Shown here piece by piece: positions 1 to 9,514 of a stretch of DNA of 64,000 bases (position 1 is the stretch's first letter; each line of letters begins with the position of its first letter). The translations under genes and the position numbers were made by a program. The notes beneath the pieces were generated by a model, which had not been told where the DNA came from, made no database searches, and saw only the letters and a program-made list of their open reading frames with translations. Source of the DNA: Dehalococcoidia bacterium (GTDB lineage Bacteria; Chloroflexota; Dehalococcoidia; UBA2979). The stretch lies in contig CAXXDN010000001.1 in assembly GCA_963667465.2 (NCBI GenBank), positions 480,001 to 544,000 on the forward strand. The letters are read 5' to 3'.

Positions 1-237
1 CTGCGCGACGCGGGCCTGCTGGTCCTCGACGACCTGGGGGTGGAGAAGTCGGGCGGCTGGGCGCAGGAGAAGCTCTACCAGTTGCTCAACTACCGCCATC
101 TCGGCCGCCGCCCGACGGTGATCACGAGCGACCTCGCGCTCACCGAGCTGGAGCCGCGCATCGCCTCGCGGCTGAGCGACCTGCAGGTCGCGACCGCCTA
201 CGAACTGCGCGCCCCGGACTACCGCACAGGGGCGTAA
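1..237 (+). CDS. DnaC/IstB-like AAA+ ATPase, C-terminal part (5' truncated by window)
   Basis: Frame 1 reads LRDAGLLVLDDLGVEKSGGWAQEKLYQLLNYRH..PTVITSD..RIASRL. Walker B (LLVLDDLG), sensor and RxxSR motifs are typical of DnaC/IstB. Confidence 0.8.
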   Translation: MRDAGLLVLDDLGVEKSGGWAQEKLYQLLNYRHLGRRPTVITSDLALTELEPRIASRLSDLQVATAYELRAPDYRTGA

Positions 238-303
238 CAGTGTGACGGGTATGTGTTAGATTCTCGCAGAGGTTGCGAGGGTCGGCGGCGTATACTCATG
301 GCG

Positions 304-579
304 ATGGCTTCGGACACATTGAGCATCTCCAGGGACCTGCGGGCGGCAGGCTTCAGCGAGGAGCAGGCGGACGCCCTCGCGACGCACATGGCAGGCGTGC
401 CTGCGAACCCCGCGTCCAGGGAAGACGTCACGCTGGCGGTCTCGCAGCTCGAAAGCCGGATCGATCAGGTTGAGTCGCGCCTGCTTCTGAAGCTGGGCGC
501 CGGCATGGCGGCGGGTTTTGGGTTGGTGCTGACCGCGATCAGCATCGGCGTCGGCGTGCTCCTGAACCAGCTCGGCTAA
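304..579 (+). CDS. Small DUF1640/CCDC90-like protein (coiled coil plus C-terminal hydrophobic helix)
   Basis: DTLSISRDLRAAGFSEEQADAL..ASREDV..KLGAGMAAGFGLVLTAISIGVG pattern. A TATACT -10 at 291-296 favours ATG 304 (alternative 298). Confidence 0.65.
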   Translation: MASDTLSISRDLRAAGFSEEQADALATHMAGVPANPASREDVTLAVSQLESRIDQVESRLLLKLGAGMAAGFGLVLTAISIGVGVLLNQLG

Positions 580-597
580 CGGCGCTCCCGAAGGTGT

Positions 598-1317
598 TCA
601 CGCCCCCGCGGGGTGCTCCGCTCCCGTGGGGCGCGGGCTGACGCCCTCCTGCCAGACCGATCCATCGAGGCCGTGCTCGCGTTTCCAGACCGGGACCGTC
701 TCCTTGATCCGGTCGACCGCGCGCAGGGCCGCCTCGAAGGCGTCCCCCCGGTGCGAGGCCGAGACCGCGACGAGCAGCGAGACCTCGCCGATCTCCAGCA
801 TCCCGATGCGGTGGTGCGCCGCGATGCGGTGCACCTCCCGGTCCGCGAACTCCGCCAGCACCTCGCGGGAGGCCGCCTCGAGCTGACGCTCGGCCATCGA
901 GGCGTAGGCCTCGTACTCCAGCCGCGCCACGGCCCGGCCCTCGTGGTAATTGCGCACCACGCCCTCGAACAGCACCACCGCGCCGCTGGCGTCGGTATGC
1001 ACCACCTCGCGCAGCGCGTCGCGGTCGAGCGGGTCGCCGGTCACGAGGAACGGCGCCGTTCCGCCCTCGCCGCCGGAGATTGGCTGGATCAGCGCAACCT
1101 CGTCGCGCTCGCCGATCTCGGTGGCGGCGTCGATGCAGTACTCCTCGTTGATCGCCAGCGCGAGCGTCGGCAGGTGCGGGCGCAGTGCGGGCCGCGACTG
1201 CTCAAGGCGGCGCTGCAGATCAGCGACCGTGACGGTGCGTTCCGCGAACTCCTCGTCGAGGAACTCGCTGCCCATCAGCTCGCGGAGCTGTGCGAAGAGC
1301 CGGATCCTGACGCGCAC
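598..1317 (-). CDS. moaDE: Fused molybdopterin synthase MoaD-MoaE (MoaX-like)
   Basis: GTG start at 1317. N-part VRIRLFAQLRE..EVALIQPISGG is MoaD; C-part GAVVLFEGVVRN..LEYEAY..HRIG..SASHR..IKETVPVWKRE is MoaE. Confidence 0.9.
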   Translation of the reverse strand: MRVRIRLFAQLRELMGSEFLDEEFAERTVTVADLQRRLEQSRPALRPHLPTLALAINEEYCIDAATEIGERDEVALIQPISGGEGGTAPFLVTGDPLDRDALREVVHTDASGAVVLFEGVVRNYHEGRAVARLEYEAYASMAERQLEAASREVLAEFADREVHRIAAHHRIGMLEIGEVSLLVAVSASHRGDAFEAALRAVDRIKETVPVWKREHGLDGSVWQEGVSPRPTGAEHPAGA

Positions 1318-1408
1318 GGTCTCGCCTCGTCCGTTCGTCCTGCTGCCCAGCGAGTATAAGCTCGGCAGCGCCCGCCGGAGCCGCTCCGGCGCTAGTGAGG
1401 GCGGGACG

Positions 1409-2089
1409 ATGGTCGCGCGCGAGTTGTTGCACGAGCTGGCGGAGGCGCTGCTGCCGCAGCGTTGCATCGCCTGCGCTCGTTTCGGCGCCTCGCTGCACCA
1501 AGGCTGCCTCGAGACGCTGCCCGCCGCCACAGCGCCGCGCTGCACGCGCTGCTGGGCGCCCGGTCCCGGCTCGCCCTGCGCCGCCTGTGTCGCCGACCCG
1601 CCGCCTTTCGAGGGACTGCGCACGCCCTACCGCTTCGCGGGCGTGGCGCGCCGCGCGCTGCTGGAGGCGAAGTTCCGGGGAATCAGCGCGCACCTCGATC
1701 CGCTCGGCGAGGCCGCGGCGGGCGTTGTGCCGCGCCGGTGGAAGATCGACGCCGTGACGCCGATCCCGCTGCACGGCGGGCGCCGCCGCCGTCGCGGCTT
1801 CAATCAGTCCGAGCTGATCGCCCGCGGCGTTGCGAGGGCGCTCTGGCTGCCGTTGCGCGCCGACCTGCTGCGCCGCGCGCGGTCGACCGGCCCGCAGACC
1901 GCCCTGGGCAGGGATCGCCGCGCCTCCAACGTCGCCGGCGCCTTTGCGGCCGGTGAAACGCCGCCCGCCGGCGTGCTGCTCGTCGACGATGTCTCGACGA
2001 CCGGCGCGACGCTCGCGGCGGCGGCGCGCGCGCTGCTGGACGGCGGCGCCAGACGCGTCTACGCGCTCGCCGTCGCGCGCGAGGACTGA
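1409..2089 (+). CDS. comF: ComF family protein (double zinc ribbon plus PRTase)
   Basis: CIAC/CTRC/CAAC Zn motifs, RRRGFNQS, VLLVDDVSTTGATL. Confidence 0.88.
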   Translation: MVARELLHELAEALLPQRCIACARFGASLHQGCLETLPAATAPRCTRCWAPGPGSPCAACVADPPPFEGLRTPYRFAGVARRALLEAKFRGISAHLDPLGEAAAGVVPRRWKIDAVTPIPLHGGRRRRRGFNQSELIARGVARALWLPLRADLLRRARSTGPQTALGRDRRASNVAGAFAAGETPPAGVLLVDDVSTTGATLAAAARALLDGGARRVYALAVARED

Positions 2090-2189
2090 GCGGCGGCGTG
2101 GGCCTGGCTGTGCATTGCCGGGGCCGGCGCTGGCAGGCGAGCAAGCGACAGTCCTAGAATGCGCCCGCCTGTGCCACGGGAGGCGCGCT

Positions 2190-3161
2190 GTGATTATCAC
2201 GGTCACTCTCAACCCGGCCATCGACCAGACGATCGAGATCGATCGCCTGATCGAGGGCGACACCAACCGGGTCGCCGCGATCCGCTGGGACATCGGCGGC
2301 AAGGGCATCAACGTCGCGCGCATGCTCAAGGAACTCGGCTACGAGCCGCTCGCGAGCGGCTTCGCGCCGGGCGACCTCGGACGGATGATCGAGGACTCGC
2401 TGGTTGACGCGGGCATCGGCTGCGAGTTCATCTTCGTGGCAGGCGAGACGCGCACGAACATCACGATCCTCGACCGCGAGTCGCACCGCGACACCGTGCT
2501 CGCCGCCGCCGGGCCGAAGGTGACGCAGCACGCGATCTCCCTGCTGCGGACGCGGCTGAACCGCCGCCTGCGCCCGCACGGCGAAAGCTGGCTGGTGCTT
2601 GCCGGCTCGATTCCGCCTGGCTGCGACCCCGCGCTCTACGCCGACCTGCTCGGCATGGCCGCCGAGCGTGGCGCGTACAGCGCCGTCGACGCCGACGGCG
2701 AGGTGGTGGCCGCAATCCTCAGCGGTGGCGCTGCGCCCGACCTGCTGAAGCTCAACGAGCACGAGGCCGGGCGCCTGCTCGGCCGAACGATCGACGACGA
2801 GGCGGGCGCCATCGAGGCGGCGCGCACGCTGCGTTCGTGGGGCCTGGAGCAGGTCGTGATCACGCGCGGCGCTGGTGGAGCGGTGGCGATGACGCCCGAG
2901 GCTGGTTTCCGCGTTGGCGCGCTCGACGTCGAGGTGCGCTCCGCCGTCGGGGCGGGGGACGCCTTCCTCGCCGGGTTGATCTTCGGGCTCGTGCGTGGGC
3001 GTGGCTGGGCTGCCTCGTTGGCGACGGCGACCGCGTCCGGTGCGGCGGCCTGCCTGGCGCCCGGCACCGCGCTCGGACGGGCTGCGGATGCGCGTCGCCT
3101 GGAGGCGCAGGTGCTCGTCGAGACGCTGCGTGAGTCGTCCCCGCAGCCAGCGCCCGCCTGA
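2190..3161 (+). CDS. 1-phosphofructokinase family hexose kinase (PfkB)
   Basis: IITVTLNPAID, GGKGINVA, GETRTN, VGAGDAFLAG. GTG start after GGGAGG. Confidence 0.9.
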   Translation: MIITVTLNPAIDQTIEIDRLIEGDTNRVAAIRWDIGGKGINVARMLKELGYEPLASGFAPGDLGRMIEDSLVDAGIGCEFIFVAGETRTNITILDRESHRDTVLAAAGPKVTQHAISLLRTRLNRRLRPHGESWLVLAGSIPPGCDPALYADLLGMAAERGAYSAVDADGEVVAAILSGGAAPDLLKLNEHEAGRLLGRTIDDEAGAIEAARTLRSWGLEQVVITRGAGGAVAMTPEAGFRVGALDVEVRSAVGAGDAFLAGLIFGLVRGRGWAASLATATASGAAACLAPGTALGRAADARRLEAQVLVETLRESSPQPAPA

Positions 3162-3241
3162 CCTCCGGAGGCGCGGTCCCAGACCCGCACCTGCGGTAGG
3201 ATTTGATCTGGCAGCAGCGCCTACCCCACGAGGAGCGAGAG

Positions 3242-4510
3242 ATGAGCACGCTGACGGATCTGGCGGGCACGCTCGCCGACGTCGACCCCGCGATCGCCGC
3301 GGCGATCGGCCGCGAGGAGCAGCGGCAGCGCTCCACCCTCGAGCTGATCGCCTCGGAGAACTTCGCTTCGGCTGCCGTGATCGAGGCCGTGGGCACGGTG
3401 CTCACCAACAAGTACGCCGAGGGCTATCCCGGCCGCCGCTACTACGGCGGCTGCGAGTTTGTCGACGAGATCGAGAGCCTCGCCATCGAGCGGGCCGAGT
3501 CGCTCTTCGGGGCCGAGCACGCCAACGTCCAGCCCCACTCCGGCGCGCAGGCGAACATGGCCGTCTACCTCGGGCTGCTCAAGCCGGGCGATACGGTGAT
3601 GGGCCTGCGTCTCGACCAGGGCGGCCACCTCACGCACGGCTCGAACGTCAACTTCAGCGGCAAGCTCTTCCAGTTCGTCTCCTACGGCGTCGATCGCGAG
3701 ACGGAGTACATCGACTACGACGAGATGGCTGCGCTCGCCCGCGAGCACCGGCCGAAGATCATCGTCGTCGGCGCCACCGCCTACCCGCGTGAGATCGACT
3801 TCGCGCGCGCCCGCGCGATCGCCGACGAGGTGGACGCACTGCTGATGGCGGACATGGCGCACATCGCCGGCCTCGTTGCGTCGCGCGTGCACGTCTCGCC
3901 GATCGGGCAGGCGCAGCTGGTCACCAGTTCGACGCACAAGACGCTGCGCGGCCCGCGAGGGGGCATGGTCCTCTGCGACCAGGCGTACGCGCGGCGCATC
4001 GACCGCGGCGTCTTCCCTAACGCCCAGGGCGGTCCGCTGATGCACGTCGTTGCCGGGAAGGCGGTCGCCTTCGCCGAGGCGGCGACATCCGAGTTCCGCG
4101 CCTACTCGCAGCAGACGGTGGACAACGCGCGTGCCCTCGGCGAGACACTGGTCGACGCTGGTCTGCGCGTGGTCAGCGGAGGCACGGACAACCACCTGCT
4201 GCTGGTCGATGTGACGCCAAAGGGCCTGACCGGTCAGGCCGCGGAGGACGCGCTGGCGCGCGCGGGGATCGTCGTCAACAAGAACGCGATCCCCTACGAC
4301 GAGCTGCCGCCGGCCGTCGCCTCCGGCATCCGCATCGGCACGCCCGCGCTCACCTCGCGCGGGCTGGCCACGACGGAGTTGCGCCAGGTCGGCGAGCTGA
4401 TCGTGCGCATCCTCGATGCGCCCGAGGACGAGGCCGTTGCGGAGCAGGTGCGGTCCGAGGTACTCGCGCTTTGCGAGGCGTTTCCCGCGCCGGGCGTGCC
4501 GGCGGCCTAG
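3242..4510 (+). CDS. glyA: Serine hydroxymethyltransferase
   Basis: [36 protein letters not shown] motifs. Confidence 0.97.
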   Translation: MSTLTDLAGTLADVDPAIAAAIGREEQRQRSTLELIASENFASAAVIEAVGTVLTNKYAEGYPGRRYYGGCEFVDEIESLAIERAESLFGAEHANVQPHSGAQANMAVYLGLLKPGDTVMGLRLDQGGHLTHGSNVNFSGKLFQFVSYGVDRETEYIDYDEMAALAREHRPKIIVVGATAYPREIDFARARAIADEVDALLMADMAHIAGLVASRVHVSPIGQAQLVTSSTHKTLRGPRGGMVLCDQAYARRIDRGVFPNAQGGPLMHVVAGKAVAFAEAATSEFRAYSQQTVDNARALGETLVDAGLRVVSGGTDNHLLLVDVTPKGLTGQAAEDALARAGIVVNKNAIPYDELPPAVASGIRIGTPALTSRGLATTELRQVGELIVRILDAPEDEAVAEQVRSEVLALCEAFPAPGVPAA

Positions 4511-4531
4511 CTTGCGCCGGCCACGCTTCGA

Positions 4532-4561
4532 TTGCCCGTTCGATCGGGGCGTTCATATACT
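4532..4561 (+). promoter_or_regulatory. Putative sigma70 promoter of rpsF-ssb-rpsR
   Basis: TTGCCC (4532-4537), 18 bp, TATACT (4556-4561). Confidence 0.5.
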
Positions 4562-4693
4562 GGCGCAACGGAGTACGGGCTGCCGCGATTCCCGCTGTGC
4601 CCGGTTGCCGCACCCGGCGGCGCCGGGCGCTGTGTTCATCGGGGCGGGCTTGGCTGCGGACGGCGGGTCCATCCACTCCGCAAGGGAGCACGC

Positions 4694-5275
4694 TTGAACG
4701 AGTACGAGTTGATGTACGTGATCAGCCCGCGCCTCATGGTGGAGGAAACCGACTCCGCCATCGAGCGGATCCAGGGACTGGTCGAAGCTGCCGGCGGCGA
4801 GATCCTGATGACGGACAACTGGGGCCGCCGACGCCTCGCGTACCCCATCAAGCACCACTTCGAGGGCACCTACGTGCTCACCCACATGACGCTGCCGCCC
4901 GATCGCGTCGCCGGGTTCGAGCGCGCGATGCACCTCAACGAGAGCGTTCTCAGGCATCTGGTGGTTCGCGGCATCGTCCCCGGCTACGACGGTCCGCCGG
5001 AAGAGGAGTTGGTCTACGCACGGCGCGGCACGTCGCGTCCGGCGCCATCGCGTTCGCCCGCTGACGATGAGCCGCCGGCAGCCGAGGCGGCTGAGACGCC
5101 GGCGGAAGCGGATGCCGCCGAGGCGCCTGCGGCGCCCGAGGCGGCCCCAGCATCCGAGCCCGCGGAGACCGTCGAGGCGCCCGAGGCAGCAGAAGCGTCC
5201 GACGCGCCAGAGCCCGCGGAGACTGCCGAGACACCCGAGGTGGCCGAAGCACCCGCGGCCGCTCCGGCGGAGTGA
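4694..5275 (+). CDS. rpsF: 30S ribosomal protein S6 with Ala/Glu/Pro-rich tail
   Basis: TTG start after AAGGGAG. YELMYVISP..WGRRRLAYPIK..VLRHL. Confidence 0.95.
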   Translation: MNEYELMYVISPRLMVEETDSAIERIQGLVEAAGGEILMTDNWGRRRLAYPIKHHFEGTYVLTHMTLPPDRVAGFERAMHLNESVLRHLVVRGIVPGYDGPPEEELVYARRGTSRPAPSRSPADDEPPAAEAAETPAEADAAEAPAAPEAAPASEPAETVEAPEAAEASDAPEPAETAETPEVAEAPAAAPAE

Positions 5276-5350
5276 CGCAACAGCGGCGGCCGGCCAGATG
5301 ACCGGGGGCGCAAGGAATCCGCTACTCTCCCCACGGACGGGGGTGCGATC

Positions 5351-5764
5351 ATGCTGAACAGGGTGATGGTCATCGGGAATCTTGGCGCCGATCCGGAGAT
5401 GCGCTACACCGCCAACGGCAGCGCCGTCACCAACTTCAACGTCGCCACCAACCGCGAGTACACCACCGGTGATGGCGAACGCCGCCAGGAAACCGAGTGG
5501 TTCCGCGTCGTTACCTGGAACCGCCTGGCCGAGATCTGCAGCCAGTACCTTTCGAAGGGCCGCCAGGTCTATGTCGAGGGGCGGCTGCAGACCCGTTCCT
5601 GGGAGGGGCAGGACGGGCAGACGCGGTACACCACCGAGCTGATCGCACAGGAAGTGAAGTTCCTCGGCGGTCAGCGCGACGCCTCGTACGAGCGCGCGGG
5701 CGCGCCCAGCCTTGGTGCGCCAGACTTCGCGGGGGACGTTGAGCCCGACGACCTGCCGTTCTAG
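5351..5764 (+). CDS. ssb: Single-stranded DNA-binding protein
   Basis: LNRVMVIGNLGADPE..TEWFRVV..EGRLQTRSW and C-terminal DDLPF. Confidence 0.97.
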   Translation: MLNRVMVIGNLGADPEMRYTANGSAVTNFNVATNREYTTGDGERRQETEWFRVVTWNRLAEICSQYLSKGRQVYVEGRLQTRSWEGQDGQTRYTTELIAQEVKFLGGQRDASYERAGAPSLGAPDFAGDVEPDDLPF

Positions 5765-5788
5765 CCGCCGATTGAACCGGAGGAACCG

Positions 5789-6178
5789 ATGACTACCGAT
5801 TCGCCCCGCAGCGCCCCGGCAGGCCGCCCACCCGCGGGCCGCGATCGCGACCGTGACCGTGACCGTGACTCCGACTTCGGACGCGGCCGCGGAGGCGGCG
5901 GCCGCGGCGGCGGAGGCGGCGGCGGACGTGGCAGGCGGCGGCCTTGCGAGTTCTGCCCGCCGGGCACGCGAGTGGTGGACTACAAGAACACGCCGATGCT
6001 GCGCCGCTACCTGACCGAGCGCGGCAAGATGGAGGCGCGCCGCCGCGGCGGCTGCACGGCCAAGTGCCAGCGGCTCCTGGCGCAGGCCATCAAGCGCGCT
6101 CGCCACATGGCCCTGCTCCCGTACACCGCCGAACATGTCCGGCTGAGCAACGTCCCCGCCGGGCGGCCGCGCCGCTAG
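5789..6178 (+). CDS. rpsR: 30S ribosomal protein S18 (Cys-containing) with RD/Gly-rich N-extension
   Basis: CEFC..DYKN..LRRYLTERGK..AIKRARHMALLPY. Confidence 0.95.
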   Translation: MTTDSPRSAPAGRPPAGRDRDRDRDRDSDFGRGRGGGGRGGGGGGGRGRRRPCEFCPPGTRVVDYKNTPMLRRYLTERGKMEARRRGGCTAKCQRLLAQAIKRARHMALLPYTAEHVRLSNVPAGRPRR

Positions 6179-6223
6179 GCGCCAGCGGATCGCGACGGCG
6201 CTCCGGGAGGAGGGCCCGCACAC

Positions 6224-7342
6224 GTGCCCCGCCCCCGAGGCCAGGCCGATCGCAACTCCGGATCGACGCGTATCAGCGCGCGCCGTGAGCGCGATGAACG
6301 CGCGCGCCGCCGGGAGCGCGTCACGATCGTCGCGGTCACCGTCGTACTCGGCGTCGCCGTGCTGGTCGTGCTCGCTGGCCTCTACATCACGCAATACCGC
6401 CCACCCCGCGCCCACGTCCTGAGCGTCGGCGAGACGGACTACCCGGCCGCCGAGGTCGCGCGCCGCACCATCTACGAGGTCCGCTTCGGCGATCTGCCGG
6501 GCGGGATCGGCGAGGCCGTGCCGGAGACCCTGAGCGTCCTCGAGGAGCAGACGATCCTGCTGGATCGCGCCCCCGCCTTCGTCGGCGCGGCGACAGACGA
6601 GGACGTCGAGCAGTGGCTGCGTGTGCACCTCGGCTTCGCGCCGCCCGATGAGCCTGCCCCGGACGTGGCTGCGGATGACGGTGACTCGAGCGGCGCGGCG
6701 GACAGCGGCGCGGCGGACGAGGGGCTCCTCGCAGAGGATCCGGAGGAAGAAGCCGCCCGCTTCGCGAACGCACTCGCCGACTGGCTGCGCCACGTCGATC
6801 TGCCGAAGGATGAGTACGACCTCGTGGTCGCGGTCGGCATCCTCGGTGATCGCCTGCGCGACCAGTTCCGGGCGGAGATCGGCGAGACGGCGGACCAGGT
6901 GCGCGCCTCACGCATCCGCCTCGCCGATCGCGGCGGAGCCGAGGATGTGCGCACGCTGCTGCTGGAGGGTGCGGACTTCGCCGAGCTTGCTGCGGAGCGC
7001 AGCGCCGAGCCCGAGTCTGCCGCGCAGGGTGGCGACCTCGGCTGGCTCCCGTTCGGCTCGCTCAGTGACAGAGCACGGGCGGTGGTCGAGGGCCTCGAGC
7101 CGGGGTCGGTCAGCGAGGTCGTCGACACGGGGCTGTTCTTCGATGTCTATCTTGTTGCCGAGCGCGAGGTTGCCCGGCCCCTCGAGCCCGCGCAGATCGA
7201 GGCGCTGATCGAGCGCCGCTGGGACGAGTGGCTGCTGGCGCAACGGGCTATGGTGTCCGTGGAGCGCGATTTGTCCGATGGCGAAGAGCGCTGGATTCTC
7301 GATCGCGTGGTCAGCAGCCTGTCGAGCGGAGGCGGCTCGTGA
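6224..7342 (+). CDS. Membrane-anchored PpiC-type peptidyl-prolyl isomerase
   Basis: N-terminal TM helix. QVRASRI..GADFAELAAERS..GGDLGW..VSEVV rotamase motif. Confidence 0.8.
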   Translation: MPRPRGQADRNSGSTRISARRERDERARRRERVTIVAVTVVLGVAVLVVLAGLYITQYRPPRAHVLSVGETDYPAAEVARRTIYEVRFGDLPGGIGEAVPETLSVLEEQTILLDRAPAFVGAATDEDVEQWLRVHLGFAPPDEPAPDVAADDGDSSGAADSGAADEGLLAEDPEEEAARFANALADWLRHVDLPKDEYDLVVAVGILGDRLRDQFRAEIGETADQVRASRIRLADRGGAEDVRTLLLEGADFAELAAERSAEPESAAQGGDLGWLPFGSLSDRARAVVEGLEPGSVSEVVDTGLFFDVYLVAEREVARPLEPAQIEALIERRWDEWLLAQRAMVSVERDLSDGEERWILDRVVSSLSSGGGS

Positions 7343-8646
7343 GCGATGGGCAAGGGCACGAGGGCGGTCCGATCGGCGTCGCGCTCTTCGGCGCGGGCAA
7401 CGTCGGCGGCGGCGTGATCGAGGCGCTCGATCGCGGCGGGGAACGCTACGCCACCGTGGTCGGGCGTCCGCTCGAACTTCGCGGCGCGCTCGTGCGCGAC
7501 GCCTCGACGCCGCGCCACGGCCTGGCGGCCGAATGCCTGACGACGGACGCGGACGCGCTGCTGGCGGACCCCGCCGTGCGCATCGTCGTCGAGCTCATGG
7601 GCGGCGAGGAGCCGGCTGCGGACTACATCGCCCGCGCCCTGCGCTCCGGCCGGCACGTGGTGACGGCCAACAAGGAGGTGATCGCCAAGCAGGGGCGCGA
7701 TCTCCTCGCGATCGCCGCGGACCACGGCGTACGCCTGCTCTATGAAGCCTCAGTCGGGGGCGGGATCCCGATCATCAACCCGCTCTCTCGCGACCTCCTC
7801 GGCAACCAGATCGCCGGCGTGACCGCGATCATCAACGGCACCACCAACTACATGCTCAGCGGCATGGCCAGCGAGGGCGCCGACTACGCGGAGATCCTCG
7901 CCGACGCGCAGCGCCTGGGCTACGCGGAGCCGGACCCCACCGCCGATGTCGAGGGCATCGACGCCGCCTACAAGCTCGCAATCCTCTGCGGGCTGGCGTT
8001 CCACGTTGCTGTCAGCCCGGACGACATCGTGCGCCAGGGCATCACGACGCTGACCGCCAACGACCTGCGCCACGCGGACGCACTCGGCTACGCGATCAAG
8101 CTGCTCGCGAACGGGCGCCTCGTCGACGGCGAGCTGGTCGCCTCGGTGCAGCCGACGCTGATCGCGCGCAGCGAGCCACTGGCCAGGATCGACGGGGTGC
8201 TGAACGCGGTACAGGTCGAGGGCGACCTCGTCGGTCGCGTCGTGCTCGAGGGGCCGGGCGCCGGGCCCGGTCCCACGGCGAGCGCCGTGCTGGCGGACGT
8301 GCTCGACGTCGCCCGCGACATCGTCGCGGGACGGCCGCCGGTGGAGACGCCGCCGCTGCGCAGCGTGCGCGTGCGACCAACCGGCGAGCACCGCGCCCGG
8401 CGCTACCTGCGGATGACCGTGGCGGACCGCCCCGGCGTCCTCGGGGAGATCGGGCACGCGCTGGGCGCGCACGGCGTCAGCATCGCCTCGGTGATCCAGG
8501 TGGAGGCGGACGAGGACGCGCGGACCGCGGAAATCGTGCTCACCACGCACATCGCCGCGGGCGCGGAACTGGAAGCCGCCCTCGCTGCGATCAGCGCCTC
8601 GGACGTGGTCGAGGAGATCTGCAACGTGATCGCGATGGCGGGGTAG
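7339..8646 (+). CDS. hom: Homoserine dehydrogenase with ACT domain
   Basis: GAGNVGGG, VVTANK, YEASVGGGIP, GYAEPDPTADVEG, DRPGVLG. Confidence 0.95.
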   Translation: MSDGQGHEGGPIGVALFGAGNVGGGVIEALDRGGERYATVVGRPLELRGALVRDASTPRHGLAAECLTTDADALLADPAVRIVVELMGGEEPAADYIARALRSGRHVVTANKEVIAKQGRDLLAIAADHGVRLLYEASVGGGIPIINPLSRDLLGNQIAGVTAIINGTTNYMLSGMASEGADYAEILADAQRLGYAEPDPTADVEGIDAAYKLAILCGLAFHVAVSPDDIVRQGITTLTANDLRHADALGYAIKLLANGRLVDGELVASVQPTLIARSEPLARIDGVLNAVQVEGDLVGRVVLEGPGAGPGPTASAVLADVLDVARDIVAGRPPVETPPLRSVRVRPTGEHRARRYLRMTVADRPGVLGEIGHALGAHGVSIASVIQVEADEDARTAEIVLTTHIAAGAELEAALAAISASDVVEEICNVIAMAG

Positions 8647-8650
8647 CGAC

Positions 8651-9514
8651 ATGACGGCCGAATCGCCGCTCCGCGAACGGGCGATGGATCGCCAACTCCA
8701 GCGCCTCGGCGAGCAGCTTAGTGAGGTGCGCGCGGGCCTCGAGCAGCAGCGCCGGGAGATGGACGACCTGCGCACCGCGCTGAGCCTCTACAGCCGCGCC
8801 TCTGAGGACCAGGGCGTCGACGAGCTCGTCCTCGACCAGGTGCAGACCCGCATCGATCACCTCGACGGGCGGATCGCCAGCGAGAGCGAGCGCAGCCGGC
8901 GCGTCGGCGACGAGCTATCCGAACTCGAACGTGTCCGGGAGAGCGTGGACGTGCGCCTCGAAAGCGCCGAGGGCCGGATTGCCGCCCTCGCCGAGGCGCT
9001 CGGCAGCGAGCGCGAGGAGCGGACGCGGACCGACGCCGCAATTCCGGAATTGGCCGAATCGGTCGACGGGGTCGGCGCGCGGCTCAACGCGCTGCAGGCC
9101 GCACTGCGGCGCACGGAGAACGGCCTTGCCCGCCTGGACAGCAGCCTGGGACGCGAGGAAGAACTGCGCCAGATGGTCGAACAGCACCAGGCGATCCGGG
9201 TTCGCCTCGAGGATCGGCTGCGCGATGTCGAGGAGCGCTTGCAGGAGACGCTGGAACTCCTCGGGTCCGCCACGGAGGAGCGGCTTGCGCTGCGCCACCA
9301 GATCATGGGGTTCGACGAGCGCATGCGGCTGCTGGGTGAGGCGCTGGAGTTCCAGCGCGACGCCGTCATCGATCACTTCCGGCGCGTGATCGAGGTCGAG
9401 GAACAGCAAGGCAAGCGGCAGATCGACGAGATCGAGCAGGGCCTTCGCCGCGGCCGCGCCCTGCTTGTGCGGCTGCGCGAGAGTGGCCCGCGTCCCGCGG
9501 AGGAGCAGTCCTGA
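8651..9514 (+). CDS. Long coiled-coil protein of unknown function
   Basis: Heptad-rich L/E/R sequence. Tightly packed between hom and thrC, with coding-like GC3. Confidence 0.75.
   Translation: MTAESPLRERAMDRQLQRLGEQLSEVRAGLEQQRREMDDLRTALSLYSRASEDQGVDELVLDQVQTRIDHLDGRIASESERSRRVGDELSELERVRESVDVRLESAEGRIAALAEALGSEREERTRTDAAIPELAESVDGVGARLNALQAALRRTENGLARLDSSLGREEELRQMVEQHQAIRVRLEDRLRDVEERLQETLELLGSATEERLALRHQIMGFDERMRLLGEALEFQRDAVIDHFRRVIEVEEQQGKRQIDEIEQGLRRGRALLVRLRESGPRPAEEQS

Noticed and set aside
1-237. IS21 element (IstB)
   Set aside because: No IstA or terminal repeats are visible. It is equally or more likely a chromosomal DnaC-like loader, and it is truncated by the window.
3162-3241. 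ZMP/ZTP riboswitch before glyA
   Set aside because: The region is short and lacks the recognisable conserved pfl-motif elements.
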